A stretch of DNA of 64,000 nucleotides from an uncultured Alphaproteobacteria bacterium (GCA_947586835.1 CANPXT010000001.1:136395-200394); one strand, 5' to 3'. Shown: positions 1 through 10,141, numbered from the stretch's first letter. Notes: a model not told the origin generated them from the letters alone. Numbers and translations: made by a program.

Positions 1-309
1 GATGCGCTTATTCACGAAACGGAAAAACTCTTGAAAGAAAACGGTGATAAAATCGGTACTTCCGAAAAAGAAAGTATCGAAAAAGCCGTGCAAGAACTCA
101 AAGATGTTTTAGACAGTAACGATGCCGAAAAAATTAAAGATAAAACAAATGCTTTAACACAAGCTTCTTTAAAACTCGGTGAAGCTATGTATAAACAATC
201 GGCTGATGCAGCCGCTGCCGGCACTACATCCGGCGAAAGCGGTACCTCAACCGACGAAAAAAAGGATGATACGGTTGTTGATGCGGATTTTGAAGAAGTT
301 AAAAAATAA
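1..309 (+). CDS. dnaK: Chaperone DnaK (Hsp70), C-terminal fragment; 5' end outside window
   Basis: The frame is open from base 1. The text ...[25 protein letters not shown]...[14 protein letters not shown] is a typical DnaK lid and acidic tail. dnaJ follows, as in the canonical operon. Confidence 0.9.
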   Translation, partial: DALIHETEKLLKENGDKIGTSEKESIEKAVQELKDVLDSNDAEKIKDKTNALTQASLKLGEAMYKQSADAAAAGTTSGESGTSTDEKKDDTVVDADFEEVKK

Positions 310-328
310 AAAATTATAACTTTACCTT

Positions 329-378
329 GAAAGGTCTTTTCCTAAAGCATAAATAAATATGCACGGAAAGGACCTTTC
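329..378 (+). terminator. Stable hairpin between dnaK and dnaJ (partial terminator/attenuator)
   Basis: GAAAGGTCTTTTCC (329-342) pairs with GGAAAGGACCTTTC (365-378), giving a 14-bp stem with one G-U pair and a 22-nt loop. A T-rich stretch follows. Confidence 0.45.
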
Positions 379-421
379 GGTGTTTAGTTGTTAAACTAAA
401 AAAACGGCACAGAGGTTGAAT

Positions 422-1558
422 ATGGCAAAAAAAGATTACTATGATATATTAGGTGTTTCAAAAAATGCGTCTGCCGAAGAAATTAAACGTGCGTTTCGCG
501 TTAAGGCAAAAGAATGTCATCCCGATATGCATCCGGGTGATGTAAAAGCCGAAATGCAGTTTAAAGAAATTAACGAAGCGTATGAGGTTTTAAAAGATGA
601 CCAAAAGCGGGCAGCCTATGACCGTTACGGACACGATGCGTTTACAAGCGGACAAGCCGGTTTCGGCGGAGGCAACGGATTCGGCGGCTTTGGATTCGGA
701 GAAAGCGGGTTTGAAAGCATTTTCGAAGAAATGTTTCGCGGATTCGGCGGTACGACACAGGGCGATTCCGATGCCAATTTACGTGGTGCCGATGTGCGAT
801 ACGACATATCCATTACACAACAAGAAGCTTATGAAGGTGTTAAAAAATCTATTACGGTCGATACATGTATCCCTTGTAAAACTTGTAACGGAAAAGGGGG
901 TAAAAAACTGGAAACCTGTTCGACATGCGGGGGATACGGACGTATTCGCCAACGACAAGGCTTTTTTGTAATGGATACTACTTGTCCCGATTGTCATGGC
1001 ACGGGCAAAACAGTAAAAGATCCGTGTTCCGATTGTAAAGGCACCGGCTGCGTTCATAAAAAAAGAAAGCTGGAAATTACCATTCCGAAAGGCGTTGATA
1101 CCGGAGTCAGAATGCGTCTTGCCGGTGAAGGTGATGCCGGCAGAAACGGAGGGCCCGCCGGTGATTTATATGTATTCGTCGAGGTAAAAAAACATGCTAT
1201 TTTTGACAGAAAAGGTGCCAATTTATATTGTGAAATGCCCGTACCGATGACAACGGCGGCTTTGGGTGGAACAGTCAATGTACCCTCAATGGACGGAACA
1301 CCGATTCCAACCGATATTAAAGCCGGTATGCAATCAGGATACCAAATTAAACTCAAAGGAAAAGGTATGCCGCAATTGAAAAGTGATCAATTCGGCGATT
1401 TATATGTAACTTTCCGAGTTGAAACACCGACCCATTTAAGTGCCAAACAAAAAGACTTACTCAAACAGTTTGCCGCCGAATCTAAAGAATCAAATCAAGA
1501 AGCCTGTAACGATTTTTTGTGTCAGATTAAAAAAATCTGGAACGATTTTACCAGTTAG
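422..1558 (+). CDS. dnaJ: Co-chaperone DnaJ
   Basis: Shows the J-domain (DYYDILGV...HPD), a G/F-rich linker and four CxxCxGxG zinc-finger repeats. ATG 422 is preceded by GAGG; the ORF-track TTG at 416 is less likely. Confidence 0.95.
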   Translation: MAKKDYYDILGVSKNASAEEIKRAFRVKAKECHPDMHPGDVKAEMQFKEINEAYEVLKDDQKRAAYDRYGHDAFTSGQAGFGGGNGFGGFGFGESGFESIFEEMFRGFGGTTQGDSDANLRGADVRYDISITQQEAYEGVKKSITVDTCIPCKTCNGKGGKKLETCSTCGGYGRIRQRQGFFVMDTTCPDCHGTGKTVKDPCSDCKGTGCVHKKRKLEITIPKGVDTGVRMRLAGEGDAGRNGGPAGDLYVFVEVKKHAIFDRKGANLYCEMPVPMTTAALGGTVNVPSMDGTPIPTDIKAGMQSGYQIKLKGKGMPQLKSDQFGDLYVTFRVETPTHLSAKQKDLLKQFAAESKESNQEACNDFLCQIKKIWNDFTS

Positions 1559-1577
1559 CTGAAAAACATATCAAATT

Positions 1578-2564
1578 TTATTCTTGCCGTAACGGTCTGG
1601 CTAACATTTCTTTTAATACATCACAAATTGGCTTTTTATGATATAAAACAGCCTCAACCGATTCACAAATCGGTAACTCGACATGAAGCTGCCGCGCTCT
1701 TTTCATCACAGATGAAGCCGTTGCAACCCCCTCCACCGTTTTGGTGCTGTTTTTTAAAACACTTTCGGCTTCCCCGACTTCTCCGACGGCAAACCCGAAT
1801 GAATAATTACGTGATTGGCGACTGTTCGCCGTTAACATTAAATCGCCGATACCGCAAAGACCTAAAACGCTTTCTTTTTTACCGCCCAATGCAACTGCAA
1901 AACGTGACATTTCCGCCAAACCGCGTGTTAACAGCGCTGCACGGGCATTATCTCCCAATCGACAACCGTCGGATATGCCTGATGCAATGGCTAACACGTT
2001 TTTAATGGCACCGCAAACTTCCGGCGTGATTAAATCGGTGGAAGAATACGGCCGAAAATAATCGGTTTTCAAATAGCGACACACTCTGTCTGCCAACATT
2101 TGCGAAGGCGAAGCAATAGTCACCGCCGTCGGACAACCTTTTGCCACTTCCGTTGCAAAGTTTGGCCCTGATAAGACGACTAACGGTGTTTGCGGACGAA
2201 TTTCATTCACAATTTCGCTTAATAAATATCCGGTGGACAATTCAATTCCTTTGGCACATAAAACAACCGGTGTGACGGTTTTTAAAAACGGCGCCATTTG
2301 CATAAAAACCGAACGCGTAAATTGTGCCGGAGACACCAGCAAAACACAATCCGCCCATGAAAGTACTTCTTTCATATCATTAGTTGCCTCAATTGCTTCG
2401 GGAAGTATCGCCGTCGGCAAAAATGACGTTTGATGCGTTTTATTGATTTCATGCACCGTTTTTTCTTCCAACGCCCATAAACGAACATTGTTTTTTGCCT
2501 TTGCTGCCGTTATAGCCAAAGCCGTTCCCCAAGCACCTGCTCCGATAACACCGATATTTGCCAT
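1578..2564 (-). CDS. gpsA: NAD(P)H-dependent glycerol-3-phosphate dehydrogenase
   Basis: N-terminal Rossmann motif IGVIGAGAWGTALA and GpsA-like text throughout (GPNFA.EV, GLGDN). Confidence 0.93.
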   Translation of the reverse strand: MANIGVIGAGAWGTALAITAAKAKNNVRLWALEEKTVHEINKTHQTSFLPTAILPEAIEATNDMKEVLSWADCVLLVSPAQFTRSVFMQMAPFLKTVTPVVLCAKGIELSTGYLLSEIVNEIRPQTPLVVLSGPNFATEVAKGCPTAVTIASPSQMLADRVCRYLKTDYFRPYSSTDLITPEVCGAIKNVLAIASGISDGCRLGDNARAALLTRGLAEMSRFAVALGGKKESVLGLCGIGDLMLTANSRQSRNYSFGFAVGEVGEAESVLKNSTKTVEGVATASSVMKRARQLHVELPICESVEAVLYHKKPICDVLKEMLARPLRQE

Positions 2565-2574
2565 TTACACTCCT

Positions 2575-5500
2575 TTATTTTCCTGTTTCTTTTAAAGCCA
2601 TTTCCTTGGCAGCGACATAATCGAATTTGCCGGTTCCCAAAAGCGGCGGTTGATCGGTTACGATAATGCGAGACGGTAATCCAAGTTCGGTAATACCTGC
2701 CGCTTTAAAGGCACTGACCAATTCATCGCGCGTAATATCTTTGCACGTGGTAATCAAAACAATCTGTTCACCTTTTTTGGCATCGGGAATGTTAACGGCA
2801 CCTGAAATAAAATCGGGATACCGTTTTTCAACAACCATTTCCACTGCCGGCAATGATACCATCTCTCCACCGATTTTGGCAAATCGCTTACAACGCCCTT
2901 TAATGAATATATAGCCTTCCTCATCGATAGAAACAATATCTCCCGTATCATACCAACCGTCATGTGGCGGATCTAATTGAAGCGGTGCGGTATGACGCAT
3001 ATAACCTTGCATAACATTCGGCCCCTTTACCCACAATTCTTGTCCCTCGGTAATTCCATCGACCGGTTTTAAGTTATAACTCATACCGGGCAGAATGCGT
3101 CCGACAGAATCTTTTTTCGAATGTAAAAACGTATTAACGGCAATAAACGGCGAACATTCCGTTGCACCGTATCCTTCCAAAATACGAACACCGAATTTTT
3201 CCGCCCAAATTCGTCGTGTTTCTTCTTTGACCTTTTCGGCACCTGACGCCACAATACGCAAACTGTTAAAATCATACGGATTGGCACATTTGGCATAGCC
3301 TGCTAAAAAAGTATCCGTACCGAAGAAAATGGTCGCTTTCACGGATGCACAAATTTCCGGTATAATTCGATAATGCAGCGGTGTGGGATATAATACCGTT
3401 TTAATACCCAACAACAACGGTAAAACAACACCGGCCCCCAATCCGAAAGAGTGAAACATCGGTAAACAGTTTAAAAACACATCATTCGGATACACATCAA
3501 AAATTGACGGTAATTGATAACAGTTGGATAAAATATTTTTATGCGATAAAAAGACGGCTTTCGGAAACCCTTCCGTTCCAGATGTAAACAACACCACTGC
3601 CGTATCATCGGGCAAAATTTTTCGTTCACACATTTTTTGATAAACCGTTTTCGGACACAAAGCGCCCGCCATACCGATCAATTCATCTTTCGGCTTTAAC
3701 GATGATTTTAAATCTTCCAAATAAACGACTCGAATTTTATTTTTTTCCAACGCCTCAATCAAGTGTTCCAATTTTGCCATATTCACGACTTTGTGCGCCG
3801 TAATAACAGTTTTTAACCCGATAGTTTCACATGTAGAAACAACTTGTTTCGGTCCGGACGTAAAGTTAATCATTGCCGGAATTTTACCGAAAGCGTGTAA
3901 GCCGAAAAAGGCAATAGCGCAGGCATTTGAGGTGGGAATCATTAACCCGACGTATTTTTCATTACTGACGGCTCGCTGCATTAATCGTCCCAAAATAAAG
4001 GCTTTCAAGAAAAACAAGCAAAACTTAATCGGTTTTCGTGATGTATCTTCCATAATGGGTTTTAAATATCCCGCCATATGCATGGAATCGGAAACAGCTT
4101 CAAATAAGGTTCTGTTTTTATCATAGCTGTCAAATGTCATTTGCATTAAAATATCATGCAATCGCGAACTTGATTTTTCACGAATTTCCCGCGTAGTCAT
4201 TTCTTCGGGGAATCTGAAACTCACCGGTTCTAAAATATTTAAAGTTATTTTCGGTAATAATTTAAAGACAAATTTTGTACCTAAAATTCGAGAAAAAACA
4301 GCATTTGAAGCACCATCAATTCGAATGGGCAACAAGGGCGCATTACTTTTAACCGCCATCATGGCCGGCGCTTCATAAATTTTCATACGCGTATTACCGC
4401 CATCAATAATTCCTTCGGTTAAAATCATACACGGTTTATTTTCATTTAATTGTTCCACCATATATTTAACGGCAAAAGGGCTTTGCGGATCCAACGGACG
4501 CACATCCATTAAATTCGTCATAAACTTCACAAGTGTTTTTTCAATTAATTTATCGCTGACGGCGAAAGTGATTTCTTCATCCAAAAAAGCAGAAATCAAC
4601 AACACATCCAGATATGAAGTATGATTGGGAATAATTAAAACTTTTCGTCCGGCTTTTTTTAAGTTTTCAATCCCCTTTACTTCCACTTTAAACAAAAAGC
4701 TTAAAACCCGACGAAACACTTTTTTGCGTGCTTCTAACGGAAGCAATCGAATCATATAAACGGCAATTAACAAATTAGCAACGGCATAAATAAGCAATAT
4801 ATTCAATACGCCGAATGATAAAATCGTTAAACTTAATGTAATCATTAATGAAGCTACAACGGCACAAGCATTAACCATATTGGAAAAAGCCATCATTCGC
4901 CCCATGATAAACTTGGGTGTTTTTAATTGAATTAATGTATAAAAGGGAATAACATAAAATGCCGATAATGCTCCCAATGCAAAAACATCAATCATAATAC
5001 ACCAATAATTGAAATTCGTGGTCAGCATTTTGAAAACGGTAATATCGCGCGCCAAAACAATATGTTCCGCATTTGAACTGACAAAAATAAAATTAAATAA
5101 AAATAGTGAAATTAACAAACACACCACGGATGTATGCGCGCCCATATTGTTTTTTCGAGAGAATCGCGCGTAAAGGACGCCGCCCAAAATATAACCGATT
5201 GTAAAAATCCCGGCAGATAAAAACATAACCACCGACCATCGAGCATGCAATACGGTTCGTCCGTAATCAGCGGAAAAGAAGAAAATAACCGTTGAAATCA
5301 TCCAAAACCAAGCGATTCCGACCAAATAAGCCCACATATCGAAATGATGTTTCAGTTTTTCCGACACAAACCCAAAGGCTTTATACGGGTTGCGATAAAT
5401 AACGGTCTCTTTATCCGCCGGTTCGTGCGGTTCAATTTTTAAAGAAAAAAGAAAACTGACAATGGACAAAACAAATCCCATCAAACACACAACCATATAA

Positions 5501-6000
5501 GCAACATCAAACTTTAAAATGCTGGTCAGCAACAAACATGATAAGCCGGAAGCAAAAATCACTCCGATTTTCATTAAAACATTGCCGATATTTAATTTTA
5601 CGGGAGCAATCAATTCGGTAATCAGCGATGTATCCAAAACTTTTTGGCAGGCATTTATCAATCCCATGGCAATTATGATGCTCAAAAACAAAACGGGAGA
5701 ATTCAGCGAAATACCGATGAGTGCCATTCCCATAATGCCGATTTCACACACACGGACAAAGCGCAAACACATTGCTTTGGAATATTTGTCGGTTATTTGT
5801 CCGATATAACAGGTTGCAAAGCAAAACGAAAGCGCATATAACACAACGGCCATAATCATAAAAACGGGATTGGGTTGCGTCAGTTTATATGTGACTAAAA
5901 AGAGGAAAACATACCGAATAAATCCCTCGTTAATAGCTGATAAAAAACGGGATACCAACAACGGTAAAAATTTTTTATTTTTAAATAATTGCGCAAACAT
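2575..6000 (-). CDS. aas: Triple-domain fusion: MFS lysophospholipid transporter (LplT-like) + PlsC-type acyltransferase + acyl-ACP synthetase (Aas)
   Basis: About 430 aa of a roughly 12-TM N-terminus, then the HX4D acyltransferase motif (PNHTSYLDVLL), then the AMP-binding motif (FTSGTEGFPKAV) and a GEMVS tail. The start at ATG 6000 (MFAQLFKNKKF) is preceded by GAGGT. Confidence 0.85.
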   Translation of the reverse strand: MFAQLFKNKKFLPLLVSRFLSAINEGFIRYVFLFLVTYKLTQPNPVFMIMAVVLYALSFCFATCYIGQITDKYSKAMCLRFVRVCEIGIMGMALIGISLNSPVLFLSIIIAMGLINACQKVLDTSLITELIAPVKLNIGNVLMKIGVIFASGLSCLLLTSILKFDVAYMVVCLMGFVLSIVSFLFSLKIEPHEPADKETVIYRNPYKAFGFVSEKLKHHFDMWAYLVGIAWFWMISTVIFFFSADYGRTVLHARWSVVMFLSAGIFTIGYILGGVLYARFSRKNNMGAHTSVVCLLISLFLFNFIFVSSNAEHIVLARDITVFKMLTTNFNYWCIMIDVFALGALSAFYVIPFYTLIQLKTPKFIMGRMMAFSNMVNACAVVASLMITLSLTILSFGVLNILLIYAVANLLIAVYMIRLLPLEARKKVFRRVLSFLFKVEVKGIENLKKAGRKVLIIPNHTSYLDVLLISAFLDEEITFAVSDKLIEKTLVKFMTNLMDVRPLDPQSPFAVKYMVEQLNENKPCMILTEGIIDGGNTRMKIYEAPAMMAVKSNAPLLPIRIDGASNAVFSRILGTKFVFKLLPKITLNILEPVSFRFPEEMTTREIREKSSSRLHDILMQMTFDSYDKNRTLFEAVSDSMHMAGYLKPIMEDTSRKPIKFCLFFLKAFILGRLMQRAVSNEKYVGLMIPTSNACAIAFFGLHAFGKIPAMINFTSGPKQVVSTCETIGLKTVITAHKVVNMAKLEHLIEALEKNKIRVVYLEDLKSSLKPKDELIGMAGALCPKTVYQKMCERKILPDDTAVVLFTSGTEGFPKAVFLSHKNILSNCYQLPSIFDVYPNDVFLNCLPMFHSFGLGAGVVLPLLLGIKTVLYPTPLHYRIIPEICASVKATIFFGTDTFLAGYAKCANPYDFNSLRIVASGAEKVKEETRRIWAEKFGVRILEGYGATECSPFIAVNTFLHSKKDSVGRILPGMSYNLKPVDGITEGQELWVKGPNVMQGYMRHTAPLQLDPPHDGWYDTGDIVSIDEEGYIFIKGRCKRFAKIGGEMVSLPAVEMVVEKRYPDFISGAVNIPDAKKGEQIVLITTCKDITRDELVSAFKAAGITELGLPSRIIVTDQPPLLGTGKFDYVAAKEMALKETGK

Positions 6001-6149
6001 ATCTCTACCTCGTTTTGTTAAAAACAAGTTTTTATAGCACATAAACACATATTATTCAAGAAAAAAGCGCAAAAAACATACAATTTACAATTTTCAAAAT
6101 TTAAGGTGAATAAATAATAAAATATTCCGAAAAATATGTATTTTCTTTT

Positions 6150-7184
6150 TCATAATTCATGATTATTTTGATTTTGATATCGCATAAACGGAAAAATCTT
6201 TTTTGTATGAATATTTGGCATGTCACCGAAAGTATAATCATGAATGTTTTGCAATGTCATTGAATCTTTAAAAAGATGCAATCGTGATTTTTTGTTTGTG
6301 TTAAAATAATTGCAAACGTTTTTAATTTGATACCCTAATTTTTCATGAGCCGGATATGTGGCCTGATAAACCGGTTTGTTGTTTTGATAAACACTTATTT
6401 TATCAAGCACTTTTCCCACGGATTCCGCCACATCAAGCGATAAAACCATTTTGCATGATTGATTTTGATTATCTTTTAATTCAAATACAAACTCTCTTTT
6501 ACGATGAGGCTTCAAATAAGAAAAGAAAATATTTAAATCTGTTTTTTGCCGGTGAAAAGTCAGCTCATATTTTACTTTTGCCTCAACCGTTTGCTTTGAT
6601 TTTAAATCATTAATTAATTTTTTTTGTTTAACAACCGTTTTTTGTGCTTTTTTAAAATTTAAACAGCAAAATAATAAATCCCACGGATGACAACATTCTT
6701 CCCATGCATTCATTTGCTTTAAAGAAAAATCATGCGGCTTAATATAGGTTACGTTGCATTGTGTTAAAGAAAATCCGGCATGCGCATATTGCTTTAAAAA
6801 ATGTTTTAAATCGCGTAAGGCTTTTGATTGTCGCAAAATATAACCGACGGCAATTTTTTGATTTTGAATAAGCGGCAAAACTGCTTGAAACTCATCTTTT
6901 GATTGTAACGCAGGCTTTTCGATAAAAATATTTTGAATACCCGCTTTCAAAACTTGTTCTAAACACGATTGATGCGCCGAAACCGGTGTCATAATAAAAG
7001 CCGCATCTATTTGCGCTGATGACGGTAATTGTGAAAAGTTTTTTAAGTAAGTAACACGTTTTGTTGAAAGTGTTTGAAATTTGGGATCAACGACATAAAT
7101 ATGCTCAATTGTTTTATCGTTTTTAAAGTAATCGAGTGTTAATTGTCCCATTTTTCCAATGCCGACACATAAAATATGTTTCAT
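6150..7184 (-). CDS. Gfo/Idh/MocA-like NAD(P)-binding oxidoreductase (divergent)
   Basis: N-terminal ILCVGIGKMGQ Rossmann fold, ...FIMTPVSAHQ...FIEKPA pattern typical of the family. The C-terminal half is unrecognisable. The region is visibly more AT-rich than its neighbours. Confidence 0.5.
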   Translation of the reverse strand: MKHILCVGIGKMGQLTLDYFKNDKTIEHIYVVDPKFQTLSTKRVTYLKNFSQLPSSAQIDAAFIMTPVSAHQSCLEQVLKAGIQNIFIEKPALQSKDEFQAVLPLIQNQKIAVGYILRQSKALRDLKHFLKQYAHAGFSLTQCNVTYIKPHDFSLKQMNAWEECCHPWDLLFCCLNFKKAQKTVVKQKKLINDLKSKQTVEAKVKYELTFHRQKTDLNIFFSYLKPHRKREFVFELKDNQNQSCKMVLSLDVAESVGKVLDKISVYQNNKPVYQATYPAHEKLGYQIKNVCNYFNTNKKSRLHLFKDSMTLQNIHDYTFGDMPNIHTKKIFPFMRYQNQNNHEL

Positions 7185-7354
7185 ATCATCCTCACTGATT
7201 TTATTTTACCACAAATACTGACAAAATCAATAAAAATTTTTGAACGAATGCGCATTATGCGGGTACTCAAATTTTCCTAAACAGAAATTATTTATTACAC
7301 ACGGGAATCGGAAAACAGATCAAAATCAGAATAAACGGTTTTTTATGACGGTTA

Positions 7355-7384
7355 TAAAAAAACCACCTCGAAAGGTGGTTTTTA
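7355..7384 (-). terminator. Rho-independent terminator downstream of tRNA-Lys
   Basis: AACCACC-tcgaaa-GGTGGTT hairpin flanked by an A-run and a T-run. On the minus strand it reads as stem plus TTTTT directly after the tRNA 3' end. Confidence 0.6.
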
Positions 7385-7386
7385 AA

Positions 7387-7462
7387 TGGTGAGCGCGCTG
7401 GGATTCGAACCCAGGGCCACCTGATTAAAAGTCAGGTGCTCTACCAGCTGAGCTACGCACTC
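7387..7462 (-). tRNA. tRNA-Lys (anticodon UUU), CCA encoded
   Basis: The reverse complement folds as a cloverleaf: acceptor GAGTGCG/CGCGCTC, D-arm GCTC AGCTGGTA GAGC, anticodon stem CCTGA/TCAGG with loop CTTTTAA, T-arm CTGGG TTCGAAT CCCAG, then ACCA. Confidence 0.95.
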
Positions 7463-7481
7463 ATCAGCTCAACAGAGCTTT

Positions 7482-7510
7482 TTTATACAGAATAATTTAC
7501 CGTTTGTCAA
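7482..7510 (-). promoter_or_regulatory. Sigma70-like promoter for tRNA-Lys
   Basis: On the minus strand: TTGACA, a 17-nt spacer, then TATAAA, about 20 nt upstream of the tRNA 5' end. Confidence 0.45.
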
Positions 7511-7625
7511 TAGTTTTTTTTCATTTTATTCATTTTTTTTATGCCTTTTTATTTTTGCTCCCGTTTAAATATTGACAATTTTTTATTTTTGCGTATGATT
7601 ATTAAAAAAATACAAGGGACTATAA

Positions 7626-8726
7626 ATGAATTTAATTTTATTTAAATATATTTTAAAACATTATGTCTTTATTTTCTTTGCAACCTTGTTTGCATTAACG
7701 GCTGTTGTTTTGTTGTTTGATATTATTGAATTGTTACGCATGGCCGCCAAACGGGAAAACATTGCTTTTTGGGATATTTTGGTTTTAGGTGTGTTAAAAT
7801 CGCCTCAAATGATTCACATTATTCTCCCCTTTGTTGCCTTAATTGCCGGCGTTATTTTCTTTTTAAAATACAGCGCTTCATCGGAATTGATTATTATGCG
7901 TTCCATTGGGATGAGTGTATGGAATTTTATGACGCCGATTGTTGCTTTTGTTTTTCTGCTAGGTGTTTTCAACATTACGATTTTTAATCCTTTTGCTGCC
8001 ATGACATCTAAGCAGTTTGAACGATTGGAAGAAAGAATCGGAATGACGAGTTCACATCCCTTTTCATGGTCGGAAAACGGGCTATGGCTTCGCGAAGCCG
8101 ATGAAAAACAAACACTGGTAATGCGTGCCGGACGGGTTCGGCAAAAAGGAAAAGATGTTATTTTAGATCGGGTTTCTTTGTTTGAATTATTGCCAAACGG
8201 TACCTTAAAACGGCAAATTGAGGGAAATAACGCCATTTTATTAAACGGACAACTCACACTTCCGAATGCTTTTATTATTAATCCGATAACGGAAGAAGCC
8301 TTTACAAAGCCTGTTGAAAGCATTAAAACCGGTTTTAGTTTAGAGCGCATTTTAGAGCGTTTTGATGAACCGAGAACCATGTCGTTTTGGCGATTTCCGA
8401 AGTTTATTCATTTCTTGCGTGAATCAGGATTTACCATTGCCGAACATGCCATGTATTTCAATGAATTGTTGGCTTATCCGATTATGCTGGTTGCCATGCT
8501 GTTTATTGCCGCCGTTTTTACGCTTCCGCCCAATACACGTCAAGGCAAAATGCTGACACGAATTGTGCTGTCCATTCTTGGCGGATTTGTTCTTTATTTT
8601 TTGGGACGTGTGACCAACGTATTAGGATTGTCACAAAGCTTACCCTATGTTTTAGCGGCTTGGGGACCGTCTTTGGTGGTTATACCGCTTTGTATTACTG
8701 CTCTGCTTCATTTGGAAGACGGTTAA
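7626..8726 (+). CDS. lptG: LPS export permease, LptF/LptG family (LptG-like)
   Basis: 366 aa with the family architecture: three N-terminal TMs, a periplasmic beta-jellyroll-sized insert, and three C-terminal TMs. The N-terminus follows the YI.K....F......L....LLFD.IE.LR pattern. Confidence 0.8.
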   Translation: MNLILFKYILKHYVFIFFATLFALTAVVLLFDIIELLRMAAKRENIAFWDILVLGVLKSPQMIHIILPFVALIAGVIFFLKYSASSELIIMRSIGMSVWNFMTPIVAFVFLLGVFNITIFNPFAAMTSKQFERLEERIGMTSSHPFSWSENGLWLREADEKQTLVMRAGRVRQKGKDVILDRVSLFELLPNGTLKRQIEGNNAILLNGQLTLPNAFIINPITEEAFTKPVESIKTGFSLERILERFDEPRTMSFWRFPKFIHFLRESGFTIAEHAMYFNELLAYPIMLVAMLFIAAVFTLPPNTRQGKMLTRIVLSILGGFVLYFLGRVTNVLGLSQSLPYVLAAWGPSLVVIPLCITALLHLEDG

Positions 8727-8732
8727 AAATTA

Positions 8733-8765
8733 AAAACCGATGTTTTTTAAAACACCGGTTTTTTT
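8733..8765. terminator. Bidirectional hairpin terminator between lptG and the flavodoxin-like gene
   Basis: AAAACCGATGTT-ttttaa-AACACCGGTTTT forms 12 bp with one mismatch, with an A-run on one side and a T-run on the other. Confidence 0.5.
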
Positions 8766-8782
8766 ACAGGCAAAAAGCATGA

Positions 8783-9346
8783 TTATTCTTTAAATCCGTT
8801 ATCTTTTAACCAACCGCCCATGCGTCCGAGCGTCATGGTTTTATAACTGACCCATGGATGAGCGGAAACGTTACATCCTGTGCATTGCGCAGTTAAATCC
8901 TTAACGGTATTTTGTTCACCGCCGCCTCCGTGTGTAATAAACGGAATGACGGTTTTGCCGTTCAAATCATATTCCGCCAAAAAGCTGCTGACGGCTGGTG
9001 CAATGGTACCCCACCAATTGGGCGAACCGATAAAAACAGTATCATATTGTGCCATATTTTCAACTTTTGTTTTTAATTCCGGCTTAAAATGATCGTTAAT
9101 TTCCTTTTTGGCTTGTTCCGTCGTTGCACGATATTCTTCCGGATAACTTTGCACGGTTTGAATTTCAAAAAGTGTACCACCAACGGTTTTTTGAATATCC
9201 TCGGCAATTTCCTTTGTGTTTCCCGACCACGAATAATAGGCAATTAATACTTTCGGATTTTGATTTGCCACGGCTGTTTCATCGGCATGCGCCACACCGA
9301 ACGGCAAAAGCGTTCCGGCTAATAAACCAAACAATAATTTTTTCAT
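8783..9346 (-). CDS. Exported flavodoxin-like protein (Flavodoxin_4-type) with Sec signal peptide
   Basis: Signal peptide MKKLLFGLLAGTLLPFGVAHA/DE. The mature part has YYSWSGNTKEIAE...FIGSPNWWGT...IPFITHGGGG, the short flavodoxin-like fold pattern. A perfect AAGGAGG SD is present. Confidence 0.75.
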   Translation of the reverse strand: MKKLLFGLLAGTLLPFGVAHADETAVANQNPKVLIAYYSWSGNTKEIAEDIQKTVGGTLFEIQTVQSYPEEYRATTEQAKKEINDHFKPELKTKVENMAQYDTVFIGSPNWWGTIAPAVSSFLAEYDLNGKTVIPFITHGGGGEQNTVKDLTAQCTGCNVSAHPWVSYKTMTLGRMGGWLKDNGFKE

Positions 9347-9403
9347 TTTTTCCTCCTTTTTTGTTTTTCTCTTTATAGTATGTCATTCAAAACAAACAAA
9401 ATG

Positions 9404-10141
9404 TCAAGCGTTTTTTTTCTTTTTTTCAGGGTTGCAAAAAAATAGCCCGAGCTCAAACAAACAATATGTCGGAAGTGCTAACAAAAGCTGACTGATAATA
9501 TCCGGCGGAGTCAACAGCGCCGATAAAATTAAAATCCCCAAAAAAACGGCCGGACGCTTTTGTTTGACTTTTTCTTTCGAAACAATTCCCAATCGAATGA
9601 AGGCATAAGTCATTAACGGAAATTGAAACATCAATCCGAAAACAACAGAAAGTTTTAATACTAAATCAATCAATGCATACACACTCCACACGGCGTGCAA
9701 ACTGCCGGTTTCAAAGCTTAATCCGAATCGAATGACCGTCGGCATAATGAAAAACAAACAACAACAAACACCGATTATAAACAAACCGGCAGCACAAAAA
9801 GATAAATACCGAATAATTCTGCGTTCCGATTCATAAAGTGCCGGCAATAAAAAGCGCCAAACCGAATAGGCAATCCACGGTGCACAAAAGATTAAATCAA
9901 TCACAAAAGCCAGTTTTAATTGTACCCAAAAAACTTCCAGCGGCGAAAAATAATTTAAAGATTGTTGTGAATCGATGAGCAAAAAAATTAAAGTATTCAA
10001 ACATATCGGCGCCATAAAAAATGCCGGTATAAAAACACACCCCAACGCAATAAGACAGCGTAACAATAATTGTCGGAACGCTTCCAAATGCGGTAAAAGC
10101 GTTTCGTTTGAAGAAACTTTATTTTTTTTCATTTTCCGCAT
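9404..10141 (-). CDS. tatC: Twin-arginine translocase subunit TatC
   Basis: Six-TM TatC text (HLEAFRQ.L..., FSPLEVFW, LTPPD). The start is taken at MRKMKK (10141 or 10132), overlapping the tatA end. The ORF-track extension to 10270 runs through tatA and is rejected. Confidence 0.9.
   Translation of the reverse strand: MRKMKKNKVSSNETLLPHLEAFRQLLLRCLIALGCVFIPAFFMAPICLNTLIFLLIDSQQSLNYFSPLEVFWVQLKLAFVIDLIFCAPWIAYSVWRFLLPALYESERRIIRYLSFCAAGLFIIGVCCCLFFIMPTVIRFGLSFETGSLHAVWSVYALIDLVLKLSVVFGLMFQFPLMTYAFIRLGIVSKEKVKQKRPAVFLGILILSALLTPPDIISQLLLALPTYCLFELGLFFCNPEKKKKNA

Noticed and set aside
597-1356. Nested ORFs of 62-124 aa inside and antisense to dnaJ
   Set aside because: They fall within the G/F-rich and Cys-repeat coding region of a confidently identified dnaJ. 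They are typical shadow ORFs.
7185-7625. tRNA-Lys as the attachment site of an integrated mobile element
   Set aside because: There is no integrase gene, no direct repeat of the tRNA 3' end and no phage or conjugation genes on either side. Only the compositional oddity of the neighbouring gene remains, and it is reported as a low-interest finding.
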